NCBI RefSeq assembly: GCF_018350175.1
Contig: NC_058368.1
Coordinates: 131,256,001-131,320,000 of the forward strand
Length of the DNA: 64,000 nt
Direction: 5' to 3'
Origin: Felis catus
Lineage: Eukaryota
Positions within the stretch are counted from its first letter, which is position 1. Every line of letters starts with the position of its first letter. The notes beneath the pieces were generated by a model that saw nothing but the letters and a program-made list of their open reading frames with translations, did not search any database and was not told the DNA's origin. The position numbers and the translations under genes were made by a program. This document shows, piece by piece, positions 40,031-53,233 of this stretch.

Positions 40031-43000
40031 GGGAAGAGAAAAAGGTCATTAGCCTATCATGTAAGCTCAGTGACATCCTATCCTTTGTACTTTAAAGCAC
40101 TTAGCCAGGAAGCTTCACCCAAAGCAGAGGCAGTAACATTCTAGTTGTAGGGTTCTGTCCACCTTCTGGTAAGATCAAATAACAGACACATCCCAAAGTG
40201 TCTATCCACATCACCCAGTGGAGTTCGTATGCTTAGCGTTAGGCTATTCTAAATGCAAGGGCACAATCTCCTGGGATTAGTGAATTTGGATTACCTTTTC
40301 ATGCAAGCATGGAGGTAACTGTGAAGTTTGTGGTTTTTTTGTTTTGTTTTGGCCAGTCTGTATACTTTGAAAACCACTGACAACATGAATCATCATTTCT
40401 AAGAGCTATGTACTAATGATCAAAACTTTGGGTGTGCCTCACTTGATAAAGCTAGTCATTCTGACTAGTCTTTCAAACATCTCAGGGACATGAATGCATT
40501 TAAAAGCCATTAACTAATTGTCCTACAGTATAGATTAAAAGTAGTATGCATATTTATCACATTATTTTTCTAATTAGAGATTAATGGCCCTTAGTAGGTA
40601 CTGGCTTGCCCTTCATTAACTCTTTTCAAATCTTTTGTTATTAATGAAGCATTTTCTAGGCAGAAAATTTCTACCTTCCTGACAACCTCTCCAAATAGTT
40701 CATCCACTCCACCCCTTTTAATTTCCCAGCTTTCTTTTTTTTTTAATTTAATATTTTATTTTTTTAAATTTACATCCATATTAGTTAGCATATAGTGCAA
40801 CAATGATTTCAGGAGTAGATTCCTTACTGCCCTTACCCATTTAACCCATCCCCCTTCCCACAACCCCTCCAGTAACCCTCAGTTTGTTCTCCATATTTAT
40901 GAGTCTCTTCTGTTTTGTCCCTCTCCCTGTTTTTATATTATTTTTGTTTCCCTTCCCTTATGTCCATCTGTTTTGTCTCTTAAAGTCCTCATATGAGTGA
41001 AGTCATATGATATTTGTTATTCTCAGACTGATTTCACTTAGCATAATACCCTCCAGTTCCATCCACGTAGTTACAAATGGCAAGATTTCATTCTTTCTGA
41101 TTGCCGAGTAATACTCCATTGTGTATATATACACCGTTTTTTCTTTATCCATTCATCCATCGATGGACATTTGGGCTCTTAACATACTTTGGCTATTGTT
41201 GACAGTGCTGCTATAAACATGGGGGTGCGTGTGTCCCTTCAAAACAGCACACCTGTATCCCGTGGATAAATGCCTGGTAGTGCAATTGCTGGGTCATGGG
41301 GTAGTTCTATTTTTAATTTTTTGAGGACCCTCCAGACTGTTTTCCAGAGTGGCTGCACCAGCTTGCATTCCCACCAACAATGCAAAAGAGATCCTCTTTC
41401 TCCACATCCTCGCCAACATCTGTTGTTGCCTGAGTTGTTAATGTTAGCCATTCTGACAGGTGTAAGGTGGTATCTCATGGTGGTTTTGATTTGTATTTCC
41501 CTGATGATGAGTGATGTGGAGCATTTTTTCACGTGTCGGTTGGCCATCTGGATGTCTTCCTTGGAGAGTGTCTATTCATGTCTTTTGCCCATTTCTTTAC
41601 TGGATTATTTGTTTTTTGGGTGTTGAGTTTGATAAGTTCTTTATAGATTTTGGATACTAACCCTTTATCTGATATGTCATTTGCAAATATCTTCTCCCAT
41701 TCTGTTGGTTGCCTTTTAGTTTTGCTGATTGTTTCCTTCACTTTGCAGAATGTTTTATTTTGATGAGGTCCTAGTAGTTCATTTTTGCTTTTGTTTCTCT
41801 TGCCTCTGGAGACGTGTTGAGTAAGAAATTGCTGCAGCCAAAGCCAAAGAGGTTTCTGCCTGCTTTCTCCTCGAGGATTTTGATGGCTTCCTGTCTTATG
41901 TTTAGGCATTTCATCCATTTTGAGTTTATTTTTGTGTATGGTGTAAGAAAATGGTCCAGGTTCATTCTTCTGCATGTTTTCCCAGCACCACTTGGTGAAG
42001 AGACTGTCTTTATTCCATTGGATATTTTTCCTGCTTTGTTAAACATTAGTTGGCCATACGTTTGTGGGTCCATTTCTGGATTCTCTATTCTGTTCCACTG
42101 ATCTGAGTGTCTGTTCTTGTGCCAGTACCATACTGTCTTGATGATTACAGCCTTGTAGTATAGCTTAAAGTCCAGGATTGTGATGCCTCCTGCTTTGGTT
42201 TTCTGTTTCAAGATCACTTTGGCTATTTGGGGTCTTTGCTGGTTCCATACAAATTTCAAGATTGTTTTTTGTAACTCTGTGAAGAATGCTGGTGTTACTT
42301 TGATAGGGATTGCATTGAATATGTAGATTGCTTTGGGTAGTATAGACATTTTAACAACATTTGTTCTTCCTATCCAGGAGCATGGAATCTTTTTCCATTT
42401 TTTTGTGTCTTCTTCCATTTCTTTCATAAGCTTTCTATAGTTTTCAGTGTATAGATTTTTCACCTCTTTGGTTAGATTTATTCCTAGGTATTTTATGGTT
42501 TTTTGTGCAATTGTAAATGGGATCGATTCCTTGATTTCTCTTTCTGTCGCTTCATTGTTGGTGTATAGGAATACAACCAATTTCTGTGCATTGATTTTAT
42601 CTCTGGCCACTTTGCTGAATTCACGAATCAGTTCTCCCAGTTTTTTTGGTGCAATCTTTTGGGTTTTTCATATAGAGTATCATGTCATTTGCAAAGAGTG
42701 AAAGTTTGACCTCCTCCTGGCGAATTTGGATGCTTTTTATTTCTTTGTGCTGTCTGATTGCTGAGGCTAAGACTTCCAGTACTATGTTGAATAACAGTAG
42801 TGAGAGTGGACATCCCTGTCTTGTTCCTGACCATTGGGGGAAAGCTCTCAGTTTTTCCCCAGTGAGGATGATATTAGCATTGGGTCGTTCATATATGGCT
42901 TTTATGATCTCAAGGTATGATCCTTCGATCCCTACTATCTTGAGGGTTTTTATCAAGAAAGTATGCTGTATTTTGTCAAATCTTTCTCTGCATCTGTGGT

Positions 43001-44835
43001 TCTTGTCCTTTCTTTTATTAATGTGATGAATCACATTTATTGTTTTGTGGATATTGAACAGCCCTGCATCCCAGGTATAAATCCCACTTGGTCATGGTGA
43101 ATAATTTTTTTAATGAATTTTTGGATCCAGTTGGCTAAAATCTTGTTGAGGATTTTTGAATCCATGTTAATCAGGGAAACTGGTCTATAATACTCCTTTT
43201 AGGTGGGGTCTTTGTCTGGTTTTCAATCAAGGTAATGCTGGCTTCATAGAAAGAGTTTGGAAGTTTTCCTTCCATTTCTATTTTTTGGAACAGCTTCAAG
43301 AGAATAGGTGTTACATCTTCCTTACATGTTTGGTAGACTTCCTCTGAAAAGCCATCTGGACCTGGACTCTTGTTTTTTGGCAGATTTTTGATTACTAATT
43401 CTATTTCCTTACTGGTTATGGGTCTGTTCAAATTTTCTATTTCTTCCTGTTTCAGTTTTGGTAGTGTATTTGTTTCTAGGAATTTGTCCATTTCTTCCAG
43501 ATTGCCCATTTTATTGGAATATAATTGTTCATAATATTCTCTGATTATTGTTTTTATTTCTTCTGTGTTGGTTGTGATCTCCCCTTTTCATTCTTGATTT
43601 TATTTATTTGGATCCTTTTCTTTTTCTTTTTGATCACCCTGGCTAGTGGTTTATCAGTTTTGTTAATTCTTTCAGAGAACCAGCTTCTGGTTTCATTGAT
43701 CTGTTCTACTGGTTTTTTTTGGTTTTGATAGCATTAATTTCTTCTCTAATCTTTATGATTTCCTGTCTTCTGCTGGTTTTGGGTTTTACTTGCTCGTCCT
43801 TTTCCAGCTGCTTAAGGTGTAAGGTTAGGTTGTGTATTTGAGACTTTCTTCCTTCTTTAGGGAGGCCTGGATTGCTATATACTTTCCTCTTATGACCGCC
43901 TTTGCTGCGTCCCAGAGATTTTGGGTTGTGGTGTTATCATTTTCATTGATGTCCATGTACTTTTTAATTTTCTCTTCAACTGCTTGGTTAGCCCATTCAT
44001 TCTTTAGTAGGATGTTCTTTAGTCTCCAAGTATTTGTTCCCTTTCCTGATTTTTTCTTGTGGTTGATTTTGAGTTTCATAGCGTTGTGGTCTGAAAATAT
44101 TCATGGTATGATCTCGATCTTTTTGTACTTGTTGAGGGCTGATTTGTGTCCCAGTATGCGGTCTATTCTGGAGAACCTTCATGTGCACTGGACAAGAATG
44201 CATATTCTGCTGCTTTAGGATGAAATGTTCTGAATATATCTGGTTTTCCATCTAGTCCAGTGTGTCCTTCAAAGCCATTGTTTTCTTGTTGATTTTTTGA
44301 TTAGATGATATGTTCATTGCTGTGAGTGGGGGGTTGAAGTTTCCTACTATTATGGTATTACTATGGATGAGTTTCTTTATGTTTGTGATTAATTGATTTA
44401 TATATTTGGGTTCTTCCACATTTGGTGCATAAATGTTTACAATTGTTAAGTCTTCGTGGTCTATAGACCCCTTGATTATGATATAATGCCCTTCTGCATC
44501 TCTTGATAGAGTCTTTATTTTAAAGTCTAAATTGTTTGACATAAGTATGGCTACTCTGGCTTTCTTTTGCTGACCATTAGCATGATAGATGGTTCTCAAT
44601 CCCCTTATTTTCAATCTGAAGGTGTCTTTAGGTCTAAAGTGGGTCTCTTGTAACAGCATATAGATGGATCTTGTTTTATTATCCATTTTGTTAGCCTGTC
44701 TTTTGATTAGAGCATTGAGTCAATTGATGTTTAGAGTGAGTACTGAAAGATATGAAATTATTGCCATTATGATGCTTGTAGAGTTGGAGTTTCTGGTGGT
44801 GTTCTCTGGTCCTTTCTAATCTTTTATTGCTTTTA

Positions 44836-44836
<1 letters not shown>

Positions 44837-44875
<39 letters not shown>
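44837..44875. repeat. (TA)n microsatellite in L1 inter-ORF spacer
   Basis: About 19 TA units. Confidence 0.95.
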
Positions 44876-44877
<2 letters not shown>

Positions 44878-45974
44878 CATCTTTTTTCCCCTCAGGAAGT
44901 TCCCCCTTAAAATTTCTTGCAGGGCTGGTTTAATGTTCACAACTCCTTTAATTTTTGTTTGGCAGGGAAACTTTATCTCTCCTTCTATTTTGAACAACAG
45001 CCTTGCTGGATAAAGAATTCTTGGCTGCATATTTTTCCAATTCAGCACACTGAATATACCCCACCGCTCCTTTCTGGCCTGCCTAGTTTCTGTGGATAGG
45101 TCTGCTGCAAACCTGATCTGTCTTCCCTTGTAGGTTAGGGACTTTTTTCCTTGCTGCTTTCATGATTCTCTCCTTGCCTGAGTATTTTGTGAATTTGACT
45201 ATGATATGCCTTGTTGATGGTCGGTGTTTGTTGAATCTAATGGGGGTCCTCTGTGCTTCCTGGATTTTGATGTCTGTGTCTTTCCTCAGGTTAGGAAAGT
45301 TTTCTGCTATGATTTGCTCACATAACCCTTATACTCCTATTTCTTTCTCTTCCTCTTCTGGGACCCCTATGATTCTGATGTTGTTCCTTTTTAATGAGTC
45401 ACTGATTTATCTAATTCTTAAATCGTGCTCTTTTGCCTTAATTTCCCTCTTTTTTCTGCTTCGTTACTCTCTATAAGTTTGTCCTCTATATCGCTGATGC
45501 TCTGTTCTGCCTCATCCATCCTTGCTGCCGCTGCATCCGTCTGTGATTGCAGCTGAGTTATAGCATTTTTAATTTCATTCTGGCTATTTTTAACTACTTT
45601 TATCTCTGCAAAAAGGGATTCTAATCTGTTTTTGACTCCAGCTAGTATTCTTATTACCGTGATTCTAAATTCTGGTTCAGACATCTTGCTTGTATCTGTC
45701 TTGACTAAATCCCTGGCTGTCGTTTCTTCATGCTCTTTCTTTTGGGATGAATTCCTTCATTTTGTCATTTTGAAGGGAGAAAGGGAATTAATGAGGTAGA
45801 AAAATTAAAATAAAAACAAATTAAAATTTAAAAAATATTAAAATTAAAAATTAAAAACACACACACACATAAAAATCGAATAGATGATGCTAGACCCTAG
45901 GTGTGTTTTGGTCTGGGTGTTGAAAGTTTTTTGACAGATGAGAGGAAAAAAAAAAAAGGAGGGGAGAGAAAAGA

Positions 45975-46388
45975 AAAGGAAATTGTTTGAGAATTTGAAA
46001 AAATGAATACACTGAAGTAGACTAAAATGAGATGATGGGGGTAAAATAGAATTTGAAATAATATACGCAAAAGTAAAGAATATAGCAGAAAAAAATTAAA
46101 GAAAAATATTTTTAATAAAAATTAAAAATAAATATGAATTTTTTAGTTTTCTGTATTTACGAAAAAAGAAAAGAAATGAAAAAGAGAAAAAAGGTTAAAA
46201 AAAAGAAAAGAAAAAAAGAAATAATTTGAAAATTTGAAAGAGTGAATATACTGAAGTAGACTAAAATAAAATGATAGGAGTAAGATAGAATTTGAAAAAA
46301 TTTACACAAAAGTAAAAAATATAGTAATAAAAATTAAAGACAGATATTTTTCATAAAAATTGAAAATAAAAATGAATTTTTTCTCTTT
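45975..46388. repeat. ~239-bp A-rich tandem repeat (~1.7 copies) in L1 5'UTR
   Basis: actgaagtagactaaaat at 46011 and 46250; flanks align. Confidence 0.9.
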
Positions 46389-46964
46389 CTTTTGCGGCTT
46401 CTCGTTCCCCACGTTCAGCTCGTCGTGCCACATACCTGCTGAATTCTGTGGTTCAGGTTGTGCACATTGTTTTGTTAATCCTCCAATCAGTTTTCTAGGT
46501 GTGTAGGATGGTTTAGTGTTGGTCTGACTGTATTTCATGGATGCGAGACACACAAAAAGCTTCCATGCTGTTCCATCATCTTGGCTCCTCCCTAATTTCC
46601 CAGCTTTCTTATTTTCCCCTGCAGGCTGATCTTTAAGTGTTTTAGTGAAGAGCCTCTATATTAAACCCAGTCTTATGTTCCTCCTCATACTGTTCTCTCC
46701 CCTGCAGTGGCACTGAGACACTGAGAAAAGAGCCTGATCTCCCTTCTTTGTGGGAGAAATAAGAAAATGTTGTAAATAGCTCATGTAAAAATATTCATTA
46801 TAATTTACAATATCCCAATGTCCTAGGAGAATGTGCCCTAGTACTTGGAGGGTCCTTTGTTGTCGAGTTCTGTAAGATGTGAAAGGTTAGAGCTAGAACT
46901 AAATTGCTCTGTAGAAGAAAAATCGAGAAGCAGAGACAAATTCCTGAGGAACACAGGGCTAGCA

Positions 46965-47155
46965 GGGGCACCTGGGTGGCTCAGTTGGTTAACTCTCTGA
47001 CTTCCACTCAGGTCATGATCTCACACTTCGTGAGTTCGAGCCCCACAGCTCTGTGCTGACAGCTCAGAGCCAGGAGCCTGCTTGGATTCTGTGTCTCCCT
47101 CTCTCTGCCCTTCCCCTGCTCACACTCTGTCTCTCTCAATTAAAAATTTTAAAAC
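46965..47155 (+). mobile_element. Can-SINE
   Basis: ggggcacctgggtggctcagttggttaa head, body, A-tail. Confidence 0.92.
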
Positions 47156-48139
47156 AAGGGGGGGAGGGGCTAGAAGCACAGAAACCAGGGTTTCTAACCT
47201 AAGCCCAGTGAGATGTGAGGGCAGTAAGAGGAGTCCAGTGACAGTGTGGCCAGAAGCAGAGAATTGGGAACGGACAGCAAAGTGAGATTTTGAAAGAGAC
47301 GCGGGGGTTGGGGGGGGGCCGTGTGATCCTGTTGGGATCCACAAAACTACAAGGATTGCAATATGCTTGGTGAGGTTGGATTTCTTGTGGAAAAAGAGAA
47401 AAGAGCTGACTAAGAAGAAGATGAACAGCTGACCCCTGGGTTATGTAAAGATGCATAAGATGCCTTAGAATTCAGCTCTTTGTCTGAAGGATTGGGATTT
47501 GTAACATCATGTAGGACTATGGAAAAGATAGAGCCATGTTTGCATATACCAGGGATAATGCAATCCCTGATACCTTCATACTAACTACAGGAGCAGACAC
47601 ACAATGAATCAATAACAGGAGGAGTCTAGATTTACCAAAAAGCAGTAAACACACATGGTTGCTACATAACATTCTTCCCTTAGTCATTTTTTCAAGTAAA
47701 CATTTAAAAGCATTTGGTACCTTAAAAATTTATTCCGTTTTTTGTATTTTTCTTTTGCTCCCCAATTCTGTCTCTTCAGTCTATCATACCAAAAGTACAC
47801 AGCAGAAATAGGGAAGAAACATACCAAGAACAACGAAAATAGGAAGACACGAGGGCGGCCAAAAATGTAAAATACGTGCTAATAGCCAGGAGAACAGTCA
47901 CAGCTTGGAGAGTGTTGTTTCAAATCACAGTCAGTACCCACTTATGATTCAAGATTTCCAAACTGAGCTCTTGATTAGTATTTAGCACTGCCTGATTTAA
48001 TAGTCACCAAATTGGAGGGATACATGGAAAGCACATTACCAAATTTCACAGGGCTCAGAAATAAAAACATATAATAGAATCAAGATTTTTGAGATTTTGG
48101 TGCAGGTGCATCACAAAACAAAAGCAGTATGATGATCAC

Positions 48140-49130
48140 AAGCTCCAGTGATGTGGAGACCTGTCTTTTGAGCTCGAGAACCACATTTCCATCTGCCTGC
48201 TTGCCCGTACTTCTTGGACATCTTTAGGGGCAATCTTAGGTTTCATATATCCAAAGTGATCCTCTTTCTTTGTAAAACGTGTTTCTCTTAGAGTATTCTA
48301 CATTTATTTTGAATACAACCACCATCTAGCCAGTTATGCAAATAAGAACTATAGTGCAGTCATCATAGGCACCAACTTGGCCTTTTGTGACAATTTCACC
48401 TCAAGATCGCTCAGATAGGAAAGTTGCTCTATTTCTTCCATAATGCCAACACTTCTTCCCAAGCTTAGCACAATAGCCCCTATTGGTCTTAGTGAATCTG
48501 TTCCTAACTCCCTCCAATTCATTCTCTACACTGTTGACAGGATGATACTTTCAAAACATGGGTCTGACACATTCATGCAGCTGCTTGAACTCTTTAACGG
48601 ATTCTCACTGCTTTGGAAATAAAGAACAAAATATTTACCGTAGCCAGTGAGGCTCTGCAAGATCTAGCCATTTTTTTTTATCTTGCTAGCTGCATTTTAT
48701 ATTACACTTTTACTCTGGCTCTGTGTCAGCCCCCAAGGGCTTCTTTCCAGTTTCTTGAACTGACAATTCATGGTTCATCTACAGAGCCTTTATATACTCT
48801 TTCCTTCTTCCAGAATGCTTTTAATTTCCCATTTCACCAAATTGTCCATTATTTTTTTTTCACACTTACTTTAATCATCATTTTCTCAAAGGAGCCTCCC
48901 TGAGCTCCCAGAGTTGGTCAAATCCTTCAGGTATATTCTCTCCTACTACCTTATCCATGCCTCATGTAGCATTTATCTTTCTAATTTCCTTTTACTCGTG
49001 TGATTGATTCCTAAACTAGGCTAAAACTTTCAGAAGAGTAGAAACCATTCTTGTCATATTGACCGTTGAAGTCCCATAGTATTTGACATAGTAGATGCCT
49101 ATTAAATACCTATTTAATGAAAAGATAAAA
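48140..49130 (+). mobile_element. L2 3' region
   Basis: tgagctcgagaaccacatttccatctgcctgcttg..ttggacatct; attctctacactg; gaggctctgcaagatctagcc; catagtagatgcctattaaata. Confidence 0.75.
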
Positions 49131-49429
49131 GTTGGTAGAGGTAAATGTACAATTGTACATTCTGTTCCAAAATCTTAATGAATCAAAAGAATTGGATTTG
49201 AGTTTACGACAAACCTCTTATTAACAAAGAAGATGGCCATAACCTTTGACTACCCTGAAGAGCATTCACTGTATTCCCACAGTATGTCTGCAGCAACATG
49301 CCTTTGTACTGGCTGCTCCCAGAGTGCTCGTGTCCTCAGGTAGTCACATGGCTTACCTTTTTCTCTTTCATACCTGCTCAGATAGCACTGCCTCAGTCAG
49401 AGTCCCAACAGAAAGCTGGGAAGTACTTC

Positions 49430-49712
49430 CTTGGAAGTACATACATGGAAACAGGATACTTCAAGGGAAGTTTATGAATTGTAACCTCACCACCGCCCTC
49501 AGAAACGTTTTGTTTCTTTCACTGCTTTACTTTTCTCCCTAGCACGTTTGGCTTTGTAACATACTGTGGACTTTATTTATTTATTTGTTGTCTTTCCTTA
49601 GGCAAATGTAAGCTCCACAGGAGAAAGATTTCGTTTTGTTCACTGCTGTATCTTCCCGCTATAAATGGACACATGAAAGATTATCAGGAAAAATCTCCTG
49701 AATGAATGAATG
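49430..49712 (+). mobile_element. L2 3' terminus fragment
   Basis: aatgtaagctccacaggag..tttgttcactgctgtatc..tgaatgaatgaatg. Confidence 0.7.
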
Positions 49713-49719
49713 CACTAAG

Positions 49720-50160
49720 TCCTGGGTTCTATATTTTTAAGAGGGGCATCAAATATTAGAGGAGAGCTCCAGGATGGTGAAGTATCTGGCCTGTGTGTAC
49801 CATAAATAGCTGAAGAGCTTGATCACACTTAACCTAAAAGTGAAATGGCAATGGATTGCCTTCAGATCTGTAAAGAGCTAACCTTTAAAGGTTAAAACAG
49901 ACATTCTATTAATATGTTCCATCAGAGGACAGAATTAAGGGCAGTGGACAAAATGTTTTTAAGTAAGAAGCTTTCAGGATAATATAATAAAGAATATTTG
50001 ATTAGTTAGATCTGCCCACTAATAAGACAAGGAAAATTTTGCTTTGTTCAAAAGTAAATTGCTCATCATTGGAAAAGCCCTAACAGAACGAAATGGCTAT
50101 CTTCCAGAATATTATGGAAGAAATTGCTGAATTGAATGGAAAGTTTAACTAAATTTCCCA
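49720..50160 (+). mobile_element. L3/CR1 3' fragment
   Basis: CR1-like order: ttgccttcagatctgtaaagagct..cagaggacagaattaagggcagtgg..aaagaatatttg..ctcatcattggaaa. Confidence 0.55.
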
Positions 50161-50310
50161 TTGCAATGCACCAAATACACATTTTGGTTGAACAACGAAA
50201 GTTTATGTCAATATTTGGCCAAAGTCAAGGCCAAAACTGAAAATTACCATCATAGATTGAGTTCTTGAGGGCCTGAATAAAGCTGAAATTTTATTTCAAA
50301 ATATTACTGT

Positions 50311-50512
50311 GGGGAGCCTGGATGGCTTAGTCAGTTGAGTGTCCAACTTTGGCTCAGGTCTTGGTCGCATGGTACTTGGGTTCAAGCCGTGCATCGAGCT
50401 CTGAGCCTTGCGCCTGCTTTGGGATCTGTGTCTCCCTCCCTCTCTGCCCCTCTCCTGTTGGTGCTCTGTCTCTGTCTCTCTCTCAAAAATAAATAAACAT
50501 TAAAAAAAATAA
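50311..50512 (+). mobile_element. Can-SINE
   Basis: ggggagcctggatggcttagtcagttgag head, CT tract, A-tail. Confidence 0.92.
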
Positions 50513-51514
50513 GATTGAACTGCAATGTTGTAATTAAATTTTATCATTTAAAAAGCCTCATATTATAGTCATGAATCATCACTTAGCACCACAGCTGCTA
50601 GGTGATTCTGAATCACCCTCGTGATTCTGAATGCTCATCTTCACATGAGCTTGGTGGCAATGCAAGATAGATCTCAGCTAGCTCTGTCAGTGCAAGATAC
50701 TGACCTTTTTGTTACTAATCTTTCCTTCCTCTCTGACAGGAACCAACCAAGGTTATCCATTCTTAAGTCTCCTAACCTATGCCTTGTTAATGCTCTGGAC
50801 CCAGAGATTCTTGGATGCACTTTCACCGACAACCCCAACAATGAAGTCTCATTCCCTGACTGAAGAAAATGTTTCCTGACGGCAATTGTGTTAACCTTTT
50901 GTTTTCTTTCTTTCATGTACTTGTTGCTTTACAGGATCACTTAGGAGAATTTTTTTTTTTATTTCATTAAACTTTGGATATAGTAACATATCAAAATAGA
51001 AGGTAATTGGTTTTCAAAATAAAGAAGATGTCTATGTCACCAGAAATGACCCTCGAGTCAGCGTTTGGCTTTGTGGCCCTCCAAAGACCAAGGCCGAAGC
51101 TAAGGCCGGGGAGGAGTTTGTGCCATAGTTAACAACTCTCGCTGTAGGTGGATAGACACCTCAGAAGTAGAATCTGTCTTATGACTCTGATAGGATAAGG
51201 CAGGGCTAAACGAGCATCGGTATTCAGGGGGGTCTTCTGGTCCTAAAATTCTATGATTTTGTTACTTTATATATCAGGAAACTGAGGGTCATGCAGATTA
51301 AGTGGTTTGGCCTGAAGCAACACAGATAGTGAATGAACCAGGCTTGGGTCTTGCATCACAGCGGCATTCATTCTGTTCCATGGTGCATATTCCAAAGGAT
51401 AAAACTGTTAAATATCTAATTAAATTGCCCAATTTCATGTAGGCACTGTGTGTAGAATGCTGCTTTCTAGGTAATACTCTAAGAGTAAGTCTCTAACCAT
51501 AACCTTTAAAAAAA

Positions 51515-51762
51515 AATTTTTTTTTAACGTGTATTTGTCTTTGAGAGAGAGACAGAGCGTGAGCAGGGGAGTGGCAGAGAGAGAAGGAGACACAGAATCT
51601 GAAGCAGGCTCCAGGGTCTGAGCTGTCAGTTCAGAGCTCACCATGGGGCTCAAATCCACAAACCGTGAGATCATGACCTGAGCCGGAGTCAGATAGTCAG
51701 ACAGTTGGACACTTAACTCAGAGGATTTGGATACTTAACCAACTGAGCTACCCACGCACCCC
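51515..51762 (-). mobile_element. Can-SINE with short internal duplications
   Basis: Body intact; agtcagat/agtcagac and ttggacacttaac/ttggatacttaac repeated at 51688-51740. Confidence 0.9.
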
Positions 51763-53032
51763 ACCTCCTTTTTTTTTTTTTTTTTTAAGAATTACTGACT
51801 TGGGCATCTTTCCTTCAAATGAAACTTGTGAAAAGAGTACAAACTTGTCCGTCCTTCATTAAAGGATAGAAGTGACAGCAACTCTGAATACTAACAGTTT
51901 ATGAGACCGCTAGGTATATGACATGATATGCACCAGTGTAAATGATGCTCTTTTGGTAAATTTGTGAATTTCATGTCCTCACTGTCTAAGACCATAAACT
52001 TAAATATCAGGATAGACTCAGGGTTGGGCCTTTTTCAGGGAAAGCAATAGTAGACTATTTGGTCCATTCAGACCCACTGCTGCCAGAGTGAGCTAGAATA
52101 AAGACTGTCATAATATTTAAATGGTTATATTTACTTGAGTTACTTTGGCAAGGCAGCACGTATGAATCACAATTCTTTTTTTTTTCTTTTTCTCTCCTCT
52201 CCCTTTTTCTTACTCCCTGATAAATAACCATTGTTTTTGCAAACCAGTTTCATTTAAATTCTGAAACCAAACGACTAACATTTGAAATGGGTCCCCTAAC
52301 AACATTTGAAGATGGAAGGGATGTGTAACCTTTTTGAAACTAGTAATATTCTCAATTTTGATCAATGAATTGGGTTCAATAAATGTACTGATGGAAAGAC
52401 TACTTTGAGATATTCACTTAGAAAAGACAATGCAGGTGAGGGGCAGACTGATTACGAAGTTATCTCAATAACCTGGAAGGAGCCACCACCTAAGAGTTAG
52501 TGTTTAAAATGTGTACCCTGGACAGGTAGGCTAGCAATTACTGCTCAGTCCACCTAATGATTATTGTTGTAGCCCTCTAAAGAATAAATTGTTCCTACTG
52601 AAAGATTACCTATTTAAATGCTTTTGTTGTTTACAAGACACTGTCACATTTGATAATGACAACTGGACTAAGACATAGCATTTAAGAGAAATCAGTTTCA
52701 TAGTTAAGTAACCTTGAAAATAAAGTTGTGTGATTTGCACAAGATCATGTAGCTCATAAATCAAGAACCCAAGTCTTTTTTGGTATTTTCACAACATCAT
52801 ACTTTCCTTTGAAAGAAAGTTTTTCCCATTAGGTGTTTAAAAAATTCGGGACTGAACATAATTTATTCATTCTATATTTATGGTAAATATATATCACATA
52901 TTTTAATTGGTATGTATAACTATGTTATATATAATTATAACTTATTATAATAATGTTAATAAGCTCCTGATTTAGTGTCACTGGAGTGTTTTCAATAGAA
53001 TCACATTTCATTCCAATAGTAATAAAATCCAT

Positions 53033-53233
53033 TTTTTAAAAGTATCTACTCTTGAGAGAGAGAATGCAGGTGGTATAGGGGTAGAGAGAGAGGGGGTTCG
53101 AGGATCCGAAGCAAGATCCAGGCACTGTGCTGACAGCAGGGAGCTCCCAGTGCTGGGCTTAGACTCTCAAACTGTGAGTTCATGACCTGAACTGAAGTCG
53201 GACACTCAACCAACTGAGCCACCCATGCACTCC
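53033..53233 (-). mobile_element. Can-SINE
   Basis: tgaagtcggacactcaaccaactgagccaccca head; degenerate TSD atagtaa(t)aa. Confidence 0.88.

Larger units (their letters stand above)
40737..46592 (-). mobile_element. Felid L1, both ends present, 18-bp TSD, shortened 5'UTR, ORFs disrupted
   Basis: TSD taatttcccagctttctt at 40719-40736 and 46593-46610; 5' end GGGAGGAGCCAAGATGATGG; ORF1 pieces 45418-45684 and 44833-45048; ORF2 pieces 44252-44686 (EN), 43171-43509, 42621-43034 ([15 protein letters not shown]), 41771-42610. Confidence 0.97.

Noticed and set aside
41239..44686. Longest ORFs (up to 279 aa) as functional genes
   Set aside because: They are frameshifted, stop-interrupted pieces of L1 ORF2 with a mutated RT motif.
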